A stretch of DNA of 64,000 bases from Ignavibacteriales bacterium (lineage in GTDB: Bacteria > Bacteroidota > Ignavibacteria > UBA10030), in contig JBBIII010000005.1 of the NCBI GenBank assembly GCA_037446575.1, positions 13,033 to 77,032 on the forward strand, given 5' to 3'. The position numbers and the translations under genes are program-made. Every line of letters starts with the position of its first letter. Positions within the stretch are counted from its first letter, which is position 1. Below, piece by piece: positions 8,847-18,161 of the stretch. The notes below the pieces were generated by a model. That model was given only the letters and a program-made list of their open reading frames with translations, ran no database searches and had not been told where the DNA came from.

Positions 8847-10616
8847 CTATTTTAATCCAAATTCATCTACAAACACTTTATTAAAAAACGCAACAACGCC
8901 CTGATTTGGACCCGGAGCCGCGTCAAACAAGTGTAATGGCAAACCAAAAAATACAAAACTTTTTGCATTGTCTATTACTCCAACATTGGGCCTTCCGTAA
9001 TATCTCATAGGAGTCCTTGTATCTGCCTGCATACGTAGAATATAGCGTGCGTTGGAACTTTTATATACAGGACGCAAAGTTATCAGATGCGGATTTCGTG
9101 TATTGTTCAGAACCAGAGTAGGATAAATATTTGATAAGTCTGATGAATCTGGCTGAACAACATAACCTGCTGGAATACGCGTATCGCCTATATACGCCGG
9201 AGGAAAAGGGCGCGTCTCAAATTTAAAACTACAAACGCTGTCTAACGGCGTAAAATCTGGAATTGCTCGGCTTGGATCAATAAACTCTTCTAAGAAATCA
9301 GTTGTATAAATAACCTTACCACCCGTGCTCGCATAATGATATAATGCAACTTGCGCCAATCTTAATGTAGGGAATCTATCTGAATACCATAATACATAAT
9401 CATAAAGTTTTAATGTCTGAACAAAAGCTGGATTAAAAAGTTTAGGGACAAGATTCCCGAAAGTAGTAGTCGTTCCTCCAATTCGAATATCTAATTCATC
9501 AGGATTTGCTAATAAACCACCAGCAACAGAACCAACCTTTGCACTATAAAATGATCGAACTTGAGTAGAATCTTCTTTCTTATAATCACACACAATTAGC
9601 AATCTGCTTTTAGGTTTCTTAACAAACCATGTTTTGCCTTGCGCAGGTAATTGTTGTCTACTGCTGTAATCTCCTGCTATGTCGCGACTTTGAACATAAA
9701 AAATATTTTTACTATTTAATTTCATTCCGCTTACTTTTCCTAAATATTTCATATCCGGAAATGTGCCGCTATAAACATCTGCGCTCACTGTTGCATTTTC
9801 TTCTGCAGGATTACTTACTGAACGCGGGACAATTAGCGTTACCATTTTAACGCCAGACGAAACAGAGAACCAGCTTCCTGTTGATGTATCGTTTAATCCA
9901 AACCGATAACCAGCAATCGTCTCATCACCGTCAACATCAGAACCTGTCCAGCCGAATGTTGCAACTGTGAACGTCGTTTCTGGCTGTTGAATTGTCGTTT
10001 GCTCAATCGGATCTTCTGCAAATGCGACTGTAGGCGGAGTATTTTTAATCGGAAATTGCTGTTTTGCGCCTACTGGATCCATAGAAGCTGTTAAGGAGCT
10101 TAGTTCTTTATCACCGCTATCTAAAATTCCGTTTTCGTTCTTGTCCCAATATGGTTTCGGCCATAATCTAACTTTTGCCCCTGCTTGCAATCCGCTAAAT
10201 GTGTTATCAATTGCCCGAATAGCAACTAAAAAATTCTGCAATCGCATTTGAATCGGGAATCTAATTGTCGAGTCAGTAACTGTAACATAAGTATAAACTA
10301 ATGAATCCGGATTCGGAATAGTTGATCGATTGGAATCTAAAGACAGCAAATATCCGATAACATATCCATCTGGATCCTCTCCCCACCAATGCAATTTTTG
10401 CTTGCTTGTTTGCGCAGATATTGTTGAATCAGGATATATCCAGAAAAATGTTTTTGGCTGAATATTTGGAATTGGCTGGTTCGAATATTCTTTCACACAT
10501 CCGTTAATAAACATAACGATGAGGAATACAAAAACTACAGCCATTAAGACAAAATATTTTTTATTGATCATCATTTTAAAAAAACAGTATGGCGGAAAAT
10601 ATTTCCCGCCATACAA
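8847..10616 (-). CDS. Large lipoprotein of unknown function encoded next to the TonB-dependent receptor.
   Basis: 589 aa. The true start is probably the internal MMINKK.., which gives a signal peptide plus a Cys (FINGC). No recognisable catalytic motif. 10-nt gaps on both sides, so it is probably co-transcribed with its neighbours. Confidence 0.5.
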   Translation of the reverse strand: MYGGKYFPPYCFFKMMINKKYFVLMAVVFVFLIVMFINGCVKEYSNQPIPNIQPKTFFWIYPDSTISAQTSKQKLHWWGEDPDGYVIGYLLSLDSNRSTIPNPDSLVYTYVTVTDSTIRFPIQMRLQNFLVAIRAIDNTFSGLQAGAKVRLWPKPYWDKNENGILDSGDKELSSLTASMDPVGAKQQFPIKNTPPTVAFAEDPIEQTTIQQPETTFTVATFGWTGSDVDGDETIAGYRFGLNDTSTGSWFSVSSGVKMVTLIVPRSVSNPAEENATVSADVYSGTFPDMKYLGKVSGMKLNSKNIFYVQSRDIAGDYSSRQQLPAQGKTWFVKKPKSRLLIVCDYKKEDSTQVRSFYSAKVGSVAGGLLANPDELDIRIGGTTTTFGNLVPKLFNPAFVQTLKLYDYVLWYSDRFPTLRLAQVALYHYASTGGKVIYTTDFLEEFIDPSRAIPDFTPLDSVCSFKFETRPFPPAYIGDTRIPAGYVVQPDSSDLSNIYPTLVLNNTRNPHLITLRPVYKSSNARYILRMQADTRTPMRYYGRPNVGVIDNAKSFVFFGLPLHLFDAAPGPNQGVVAFFNKVFVDEFGLK

Positions 10617-10626
10617 ATTTTAAATT

Positions 10627-12861
10627 TTACTTGATTAGAAGCATTCGTTTTACCAACGACATTCCATCTGCCTGCAACCGACAGAAATATACACCAGAAG
10701 GTAATTGTGAAGCGTCAAATCTTACCGTATAGCGTCCAATATTTTGATAACCATTAACTAGTGTGCGAATTTCTTGTCCAAGAATATTAAAGATTTTCAT
10801 CGTTACCACACCGGCTTTGGGAAGATTATATTCAATCGTAGTTGCCGGATTGAATGGATTTGGATAATTCTGGCTTAACTCAAAAACACCTGGAATGAAA
10901 GGATTATTAGTTTCAACATTTCCTAACGGCGTCAGCGTTCCAAAATCAGAATTGCCGCGAGGAATAAACTTATAACGTCTGAAGCTGAAATAAATAATTC
11001 CGTCAAGATAATCGAATTTATCTCCGGCTTTAATGATTGTTTTACCAACCACAGTATCTAGCGGCACATTAGAATAATTGCTCTTTCCATCGAAACGAGC
11101 AAGCATTGCACCGCTTCCATCGGAAATAGCAAATTCATATTGATCTGCAAATGTCGGGTTTATGTCAGTAATAGTTACATCATTAAACCGCACAACCATT
11201 CCTTCTAAAGGTTCAGCAATGGGGTCTCCGTTTCCAGCATTTGCGCCGAAAAAGCTTGTTGATTGCACTATTGCCGCTGGAAGCGGATTGTCGTTTGTAT
11301 GTATTAATACAGAATCAATATTTCCAATTCGCGTTACTTCGTTCGATTCTTGTATTGTTCCTCGCACTGTAATCTTATCGCCTTTTTTCAGAAGAGCCAT
11401 TTTTGCATCCGGTCCGTTTATCCAAATGCCGCCCCATCCCTCCGTCGCAATTTCACTTTGCATATACCAAGGTATTGCGCCGGCCGCTACATTCTTCAAA
11501 TCGCTTGTATCTGCCGTTACAATTCCGGTAACATATACATTTGTTGCTCCTAAGTATGGCGTACGGCCATTTGTGAAGGGTGTGTATTGTATATCTTGAA
11601 TTGTTAATTGGCGATCGAGCGTCTTGTAGAAAAAGAATCCCTTTGATGTATCTAAGCCGGCAGTGCCATCTGCTGAGTTTGCATAGATTGTCGCATTATC
11701 TTCTATATCAAGAGCTTTTATAAAATATTTTACAAAACTATTTTCAGGTAACGGGTCTATATTCACTTTGAACGTATCTAAAGCGCTAATTTTCATCGTA
11801 TCAATTGTAAAAGGTTCATTATTTATACTTTTTAATAAAAGCACAGTCTTCAACGGTAAGCCGCCCGTTAATTTGTAAGCGCGAACGCTGATTTTTGCTG
11901 TGTCAGAAGAAGGGACTATTACCGGATTTCGTCTATGTGTGCTTACGTACGGCTTACTTTGACCATATACAATATCGCCTGGAAACACTGGAGCAATTCG
12001 ATACCCACGTGGATTTTCCATACCAGAATTTGATGTAATAAATCCTCGTATAGTATCAATCTTCGAAAAAGTAACTGGCATAGTATAAGTTGAAGTAGGA
12101 TCTTTATGCACTCTTAAAGTGAACCATTTTGAAACATCTAACATCGAAATTTCATTACCCAATGCATCTACCATTGCAAATGTGCCATTCGTGCTGTTGA
12201 CAATTCCTGCTACATCAAGGTTTGTAAGCTGTACATAGACACCTTCAAATGGCTCACCAGTAGTAAATTTTATCCCCTCACCTGGTTTTGTATTCTGGAA
12301 AACGCCTATATAAAAATCTCTTACCTCTTTTGGAACAATCGGAGGAAGAGGTTTAGCATCGACTATTGCAAAACCACTCGCAATTGGAACGAATTGTGTT
12401 GATGAAGATATTCCGGTGGATGATCCCGTCGGAAATTCATCTACATAACCCCGCATACGAATAATATCGCCTACTTCAGCGCCAAGAAATCCGGCATTCT
12501 TTAAAGCCGTAGTATCACCACTTCCTGCTCTACAGAATAATCCAGACCAAGCGCCATCAGGAATATTTGCTGTATCTCGTAATAACATCGTAAATCCGCC
12601 GCCTGTAAATGTAACAACCTTTGCCGGGACAATAACTTGCCCTACTACTTCAACTGTTTCGCGTTGAGCCGCGACAGCGCGGTATAATGACGATGCCTGT
12701 TTTGTCCAGTTTGCAACAACTGAATTTTGCGTATTATCCAAAACTAATAACGAATCGTAAGGCACTTGCTGAATTTCTTTTATCGAAACTTGTCTATACT
12801 GACCTTGCATAGAGCTTACAATTAAGGTTATAAGGATAACAAGTAAAACTAAATTTTTCAT
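10627..12861 (-). CDS. Secreted protein carrying a canonical type IX secretion C-terminal sorting domain (T9SS cargo).
   Basis: 744 aa. Signal peptide. The C-terminus LSQNYPNPFNPATTIEYNLPKAGVVTMKIFNILGQEIRTLVNG...LPSGVYFCRLQADGMSLVKRMLLIK matches the Por-secretion CTD (type A) motif. Confidence 0.75.
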   Translation of the reverse strand: MKNLVLLVILITLIVSSMQGQYRQVSIKEIQQVPYDSLLVLDNTQNSVVANWTKQASSLYRAVAAQRETVEVVGQVIVPAKVVTFTGGGFTMLLRDTANIPDGAWSGLFCRAGSGDTTALKNAGFLGAEVGDIIRMRGYVDEFPTGSSTGISSSTQFVPIASGFAIVDAKPLPPIVPKEVRDFYIGVFQNTKPGEGIKFTTGEPFEGVYVQLTNLDVAGIVNSTNGTFAMVDALGNEISMLDVSKWFTLRVHKDPTSTYTMPVTFSKIDTIRGFITSNSGMENPRGYRIAPVFPGDIVYGQSKPYVSTHRRNPVIVPSSDTAKISVRAYKLTGGLPLKTVLLLKSINNEPFTIDTMKISALDTFKVNIDPLPENSFVKYFIKALDIEDNATIYANSADGTAGLDTSKGFFFYKTLDRQLTIQDIQYTPFTNGRTPYLGATNVYVTGIVTADTSDLKNVAAGAIPWYMQSEIATEGWGGIWINGPDAKMALLKKGDKITVRGTIQESNEVTRIGNIDSVLIHTNDNPLPAAIVQSTSFFGANAGNGDPIAEPLEGMVVRFNDVTITDINPTFADQYEFAISDGSGAMLARFDGKSNYSNVPLDTVVGKTIIKAGDKFDYLDGIIYFSFRRYKFIPRGNSDFGTLTPLGNVETNNPFIPGVFELSQNYPNPFNPATTIEYNLPKAGVVTMKIFNILGQEIRTLVNGYQNIGRYTVRFDASQLPSGVYFCRLQADGMSLVKRMLLIK

Positions 12862-12891
12862 ACTACCTCCTGAAAAGGATGATAAAAATAA

Positions 12892-15039
12892 TTATTTGAT
12901 TACTAAAAATTTCCCGCGTTTAATATTGCCTGTATCTTTATCTTTTACGGCAAATAGATACAGACCTGTTGAAATTGCTTGATCATATTTAGAAATCAAA
13001 TTCCACGCATGTTCACCGCCTGAAAATATTGCGGGATTTGATTTGTCGCCGAATCGTTCAAACCAGTCTATATTTTGACCGGCATTTTGTGATGAGTGAT
13101 CTAATTCTGCTACAACATCGCCTGCTATTGTAAAAATTGTTATCGTACAATTAGCCGGCAAATTATAGAAATATATCTTACGAAATCGTTCACCGCTTCC
13201 GTCCCAATAAGCTCGCGCATAATATGGATTCGGATATACTCCAACTTTTACATTTGGATCAGAAGTTGGCAATGTTCCTGGCACCACTCTCACTATAGAA
13301 ATTGCGCTTGAAAAACTTTCTATCTGTTTCGATGGGTCTCCCTTATCGAATGCCGACACGCCATAAACATATTGCCATCCGCTCAGATGAGTTGCGCCAG
13401 AATTTGCAATAGGAAATCTATACCAATATTCGGTCGGATCGCCGTTAAACATTTTAGCATTCGGTAATTTTACCTGACTAAATCCTGTGTTATAACCGAA
13501 TTCATTTCCGGTGCTGTCGAATTCGCCTACTAAAGAAAGATTAAGCAGTAAATCACCAGAAAATTGAAAATCCATTCCCGGTTTTGAACGATAAATCCGA
13601 TAACCTTCAAAATCTTTTGTTTTTAAAAAAGGATCAATAGATTCTTCCGCTTGTTTATCCCAATAAATAACAACTTCATTATTCTCAAATTCAGCTCGAA
13701 CCTTAGGTTGATCAGGTGGTGTAGGCAACACATATCGAGTAATTTTTCCATCCGGATCTAGTAAAAATCCTCGAATCGGATCTCTTCCTACAATATCCTC
13801 ACCACTATCTAAAATATTATTTCCATTTATATCTTCCCCATCATAAGCTTGCTGTGCCCACGTTGCAAACTCATTAAGTTTTGTTCGTTGCTCAAGTAAA
13901 TCCAAATTCTCCGGAAGCGAGCCAACTTTTTTTGCGCAAACAATCGCAAAAACAACTTGCACGGTATCGTTTGGACGAAGAACACGAAATGGTCCAGTCG
14001 AAAGCATTGTCGTCATATTTTGACCCGCAAGTCTTAATTGTGCAATATTAGCTTGAGGTAATGTTTGTGTCATTCTTGTATATCTGCTTAGGTACCAAGT
14101 TGAGTTGTAATCATCTGTGGGTGAAAAATATGCTGTAGTTCCTTGACTGCTCCGAAAAGCCCACGCGCTGAAAAATGTATTCTTATATAAAGCTCCTAAA
14201 GTATCAATTCCCGCGGGGAATGGAGTTGCGCCTAATAATTTAATACCAACATAACTATTTGCCGGTACGCCGCCTGGGAGTGGTTTATATTCGAATGTGT
14301 ACATCATACGTCGTAACGAATCGAATCCGTTTCCTCCATCATTGAAATAACCAGTAGTCCCGGGTCGTGAATATGGTGTGTTCCTTACGACACCATTATT
14401 CCATAAACCGACATATACATTTTCTAATGTATCGTCACCTTTATTTACTATTGTATAATTTAGAATCACAAAAGCGTCAGTAAAGGGAAAATTCCAGGCA
14501 TAACTTTCTTGGCGGACATCAACCCCTAAAGGATAATGGTTAAGTATAGTATCGCCTGTCGCTGGAACTCGTGTTCTCCTGTCTGAATACTCCGCTATAA
14601 AATCTTGATGACTTACAGCCGCTACATCATAATTTCCCGTATAAGAAAGAGATGATTTCTCAATCATTCGCGAGCCAGTAGCTGTAGTATATTCATATCC
14701 TTCACCTGATGAGCCGGCTCTATCAGTAACGCCAGTGCTTACAAAGTATTGCGCGCGAGATTTGGAAAACGCGCCAATCCATAATCCGCCTTGGTAAATA
14801 TGCTCAATCTGAGAATTCTTAGGATATTCGCAAGATGGCTGTGTAGGCCAATATCTATTACGCGTGCCTATCGTGCCAAAGTTTGTGATTGTCATTCTTA
14901 TATTACCTACCGTTGTATAGTAAGTATCTTGATCATCACTTACTTTCGATAATCTCTGGGCAAATAAACTTGTCGCAATACCGCTTAAACAAACGCAGAC
15001 AGTAATCCCTTTAATTAATTTTGATTTACTCTTTAGCAT
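12892..15039 (-). CDS. Secreted protein with an extended T9SS-like C-terminal sorting domain.
   Basis: 715 aa. Signal peptide. The C-terminus VGVYPNPYYARAYWDG..IYFYNLPANCTITIFTIAGDVVAEL....ISTGLYLFAVKDKDTGNIKRGKFLVIK looks like a longer variant of the Por CTD. Confidence 0.6.
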   Translation of the reverse strand: MLKSKSKLIKGITVCVCLSGIATSLFAQRLSKVSDDQDTYYTTVGNIRMTITNFGTIGTRNRYWPTQPSCEYPKNSQIEHIYQGGLWIGAFSKSRAQYFVSTGVTDRAGSSGEGYEYTTATGSRMIEKSSLSYTGNYDVAAVSHQDFIAEYSDRRTRVPATGDTILNHYPLGVDVRQESYAWNFPFTDAFVILNYTIVNKGDDTLENVYVGLWNNGVVRNTPYSRPGTTGYFNDGGNGFDSLRRMMYTFEYKPLPGGVPANSYVGIKLLGATPFPAGIDTLGALYKNTFFSAWAFRSSQGTTAYFSPTDDYNSTWYLSRYTRMTQTLPQANIAQLRLAGQNMTTMLSTGPFRVLRPNDTVQVVFAIVCAKKVGSLPENLDLLEQRTKLNEFATWAQQAYDGEDINGNNILDSGEDIVGRDPIRGFLLDPDGKITRYVLPTPPDQPKVRAEFENNEVVIYWDKQAEESIDPFLKTKDFEGYRIYRSKPGMDFQFSGDLLLNLSLVGEFDSTGNEFGYNTGFSQVKLPNAKMFNGDPTEYWYRFPIANSGATHLSGWQYVYGVSAFDKGDPSKQIESFSSAISIVRVVPGTLPTSDPNVKVGVYPNPYYARAYWDGSGERFRKIYFYNLPANCTITIFTIAGDVVAELDHSSQNAGQNIDWFERFGDKSNPAIFSGGEHAWNLISKYDQAISTGLYLFAVKDKDTGNIKRGKFLVIK

Positions 15040-15197
15040 TATGAATTTTTTAGATGTGAAAAAGAGGTCACATTTCTGAAGTTCAACATTAACAACTACA
15101 TCCTAACTTACACTCGTCAATATAATTTTATAGTGGAATTAATTTAAGTATTTTTTTCCAATAAGCAATGATAAAATAATTTTTTTTTCTTATTCTT

Positions 15198-17555
15198 TTA
15201 TATACTCTTTGACGGTATCCTTAATACCTGACCAACGACAATTTTATTATTGTTTAAATTATTATGTTTTTTTAGCTTTTGAATATCTACATCATACATC
15301 TTCGCTATTGAATAAATGGTTTCCCCTTTTTTAACTTTATGGGTGGGTGAAAATATTCCTGTGCTTTGAGTTTTAACCGTCCTAGAGGGATTGCTCTTTG
15401 ATGCGCTTGTAATAATCTTCACGCGCGCTTCCGGTTTATCATAAATATCAAGCGATTGACCAACAAAAATTTTTGATGTTTTAAGATTATTCCATTGTTT
15501 TAAATCGCTTATTCTTACTTCGTACATATTAGCAATTTTTTCTAGCGTTTCTCCAGCTTTCACAATATGTTGTATCCAATCTGTTGAAGATACATTTACT
15601 CTTGTTTTTTCAGTCTCTGCTTTCTGGGCTTCTTTAAAATCACCCTTTAGCATGGCTTGCTTCTGAGAAAACTCCAACTCATTAATTTTCATTAATTGTT
15701 TTACTCTATTAGAAGCAACCCATATCGTTATCGACTGCCCAGAGTAAATATGCTCGCCATAAGCAATATCGTTCCAATTTCGTATATCGCTTGCACGCAC
15801 GCCGTACCATTCCGCAATGTGTCCTATTGTATCGCCTCGCTTAACAATGTAGATAAGTTTTCCTTTACCCCTTGGTTGCGTTAATTCCTTTGGTATTTTT
15901 TTTGCTTTCGACTTAGTCGCGTCAACTTTCTCTACATAAGCTCTTACGGCGCCAAAATTCATTCCCCGCACTTCCGGAGAATAATTATATGCAACCTTAC
16001 TATTTACTACATCTCGGGGAATTGGTATTGCTAATACTGTCCCAATCGATAATTTTCTATCGGATCTTAAATTGTTCACCTCTTTTATTAGAGTTGTAGT
16101 TAGCCCATATTTTTTCGCTACCGAAAATACGGTCTCTCCTTTTTTAATTGTGTGTAATGCCCAATCTTTCTTTTGCTCTTCAGGAATTTTTTCATAATTG
16201 TTTAAAAAGATTTCTTTTCTGCCGTAAGGTATCCGAAATTTATATCCAGTAACACCCGGCGGCGTACACCAACGCAATAGCTCAGGATTCAAATCTTGAA
16301 GCGTATCAACTGTTGTGATAGCGCATTTTGCTAATACTCGCAAATCTACACAATCATTTATCTCGACCACATCATACATAAGTGAATCTGAAACAACAAA
16401 ATTAGTGAACCCATGTTTTTCCGGATTTAATACAATCCGCGCTACAGCAATATATTGCGGTATATAATTTCGTGTTTCGCGGGGCAAGTATTTTCTCATT
16501 TCCCAAAAATCAGTTGAACCACTGCGGCGCATTCCTCTAAAAATTCTACCCGCGCCTGCGTTATACGACCCGAGAGCTAAATTCCAATCCCTAAACTCTG
16601 TATATAAATCCTTTAAATGCCTTGCCGCGGCGCGCGTTGATTTTTCAAAATCGCGCCGTTCATCAATCCACCAATTCACTCGCAAACCGTATAAAGATCC
16701 AGTCCCTTTCATAAACTGCCATAAACCAACAGCTTTAGCCCATGAACGAGCGTCTGTCCTTAGCCCGCTTTCAGGCATAGATACAATTATTAGCTCCTCT
16801 GGCACTTCCTCTTCAATAAATATTCTCTTCATCATCGGAAAATATTTACCAGATAGATATAACCATCGTTCCATATGCTGACGACCTCGCCCCATAAAAA
16901 ATGCTGTAGCTCGCCCAACATATTCATTGAATGGCAATGGAACTACTGTTCCCTTTATTTCGAATCTCGGCACCTTTACATCTAAGAATCCACCCTGCTC
17001 AACTATTTGATTCAATTTTTCCCGCAACGCATATACTGATGCCTCGGGACCCAGACTATCAATTTGTGCAATATACTTTTCGTAATCCTCAATTACACTT
17101 TTGCTTAGCTCCATATAATCTTTTGAACTATCAATACTTGTATACTCACCAAGCTCATTTAATATCTGAATTGCCGCTTCAAATTCCTCTCCACAACTTA
17201 CAGTATCGCCCAATTCTTGCGAAGCTAACGCTATTAAATAGCGTTGACGCGCCTGTTCTAACCGTTGAAGAATCACTTCTGTATCTTCTTCTACCAATTC
17301 GGTTAAAGCTTGCCTACCGCTCGTATCCATCCCATTTATTCTATTTGTCTCGCCGGAATTCGCTAAGCTATCTACGCCATTCGATATCCTATTTTGATTA
17401 AAATTTAACGGAGCTGAATTTGCCTTATTTGGCTGTGTAGCAACTTCTATTGAATTCTTAGATTTGCTTGATTGGTTGGACTTAGAACGAGTTGTTTGTT
17501 CTGAAGAACAGCTAAATATACTTAACGCTAAAAACAATATAACTAATCTTTGCAT
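15198..17555 (-). CDS. Membrane-bound lytic murein transglycosylase (MltD-like) with multiple C-terminal LysM domains.
   Basis: 785 aa. SLT catalytic core (ESGLRTDARSWAKAVGLWQFM...GSYNAGAGR), then about five LysM repeats (KGETVFSVAKKYG.., RGDTIGHIAEWYG.., AGETLEKIANMYE.., KGETIYSIAKMYD..). Confidence 0.8.
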   Translation of the reverse strand: MQRLVILFLALSIFSCSSEQTTRSKSNQSSKSKNSIEVATQPNKANSAPLNFNQNRISNGVDSLANSGETNRINGMDTSGRQALTELVEEDTEVILQRLEQARQRYLIALASQELGDTVSCGEEFEAAIQILNELGEYTSIDSSKDYMELSKSVIEDYEKYIAQIDSLGPEASVYALREKLNQIVEQGGFLDVKVPRFEIKGTVVPLPFNEYVGRATAFFMGRGRQHMERWLYLSGKYFPMMKRIFIEEEVPEELIIVSMPESGLRTDARSWAKAVGLWQFMKGTGSLYGLRVNWWIDERRDFEKSTRAAARHLKDLYTEFRDWNLALGSYNAGAGRIFRGMRRSGSTDFWEMRKYLPRETRNYIPQYIAVARIVLNPEKHGFTNFVVSDSLMYDVVEINDCVDLRVLAKCAITTVDTLQDLNPELLRWCTPPGVTGYKFRIPYGRKEIFLNNYEKIPEEQKKDWALHTIKKGETVFSVAKKYGLTTTLIKEVNNLRSDRKLSIGTVLAIPIPRDVVNSKVAYNYSPEVRGMNFGAVRAYVEKVDATKSKAKKIPKELTQPRGKGKLIYIVKRGDTIGHIAEWYGVRASDIRNWNDIAYGEHIYSGQSITIWVASNRVKQLMKINELEFSQKQAMLKGDFKEAQKAETEKTRVNVSSTDWIQHIVKAGETLEKIANMYEVRISDLKQWNNLKTSKIFVGQSLDIYDKPEARVKIITSASKSNPSRTVKTQSTGIFSPTHKVKKGETIYSIAKMYDVDIQKLKKHNNLNNNKIVVGQVLRIPSKSI

Positions 17556-17609
17556 CTGCCTCTTACGTAATTCTTGTAAATATTTTATGTAGTGATAAAA
17601 TACAACATC

Positions 17610-17643
17610 AAATTCGATTAATCAAGAAGATTAGATCGAATTT
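17610..17643. promoter_or_regulatory. Inverted repeat (9-bp arms AAATTCGAT / ATCGAATTT with a palindromic core) in the 5' region of the MltD-like gene.
   Basis: aaattcgattaatcaagaagattagatcgaattt: the arms are exact reverse complements, and the inner gattaatc is itself palindromic. It lies about 55-90 nt upstream of the start codon at 17555. Confidence 0.3.
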
Positions 17644-18014
17644 AAATTTCAGTAGCTAATTTCAACGAGTAAGTATTTATTGCAAAAAATCAATCCGACT
17701 TTAAAATATATTCTATATCGCATTCATGCATAACAGCGATCAATTATTAATAAATATTGATAAACAGATATTCAATTCTCAATAAAATTTTGCTTTTTAT
17801 TTATACTTCGTACTGTTCTAATAGAAAGTTCACTTTAAAAATCTCTTAAAAACAACAACTCGATTCTTTTTTTTGAAATATTCATTATTATAAAATCCAA
17901 CAAAATAATTTAAGATATCTATTAACGCTAATTCATTAACAATACAGCTTCAAATATGGTATTTTATCGAACTTGCTAAATTCTTAATTTCTTAGGATAA
18001 ACAACCACTGCATC

Positions 18015-18036
18015 TATTATTGAATCGATTCAATAA
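18015..18036. promoter_or_regulatory. Perfect 22-bp palindrome, candidate LacI-family operator.
   Basis: ATTATTGAATCGATTCAATAAT is an exact self-complement. Its core TGAATCGATTCA fits the LacI/GalR operator consensus TGnAAnCGnTTnCA. It sits about 125 nt upstream of the LacI-family gene starting at 18162. Confidence 0.45.
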
Positions 18037-18161
18037 TTTGTTTTTTTAAAAAATAAATATTAAATTTTTTAAAATTTTTATTGTGATGTTCAAATCAGTT
18101 TATCTATAAATCATTTACTATTAGATAAGCAAGTTTTTTATAACAACCTATTTAAAGAATT

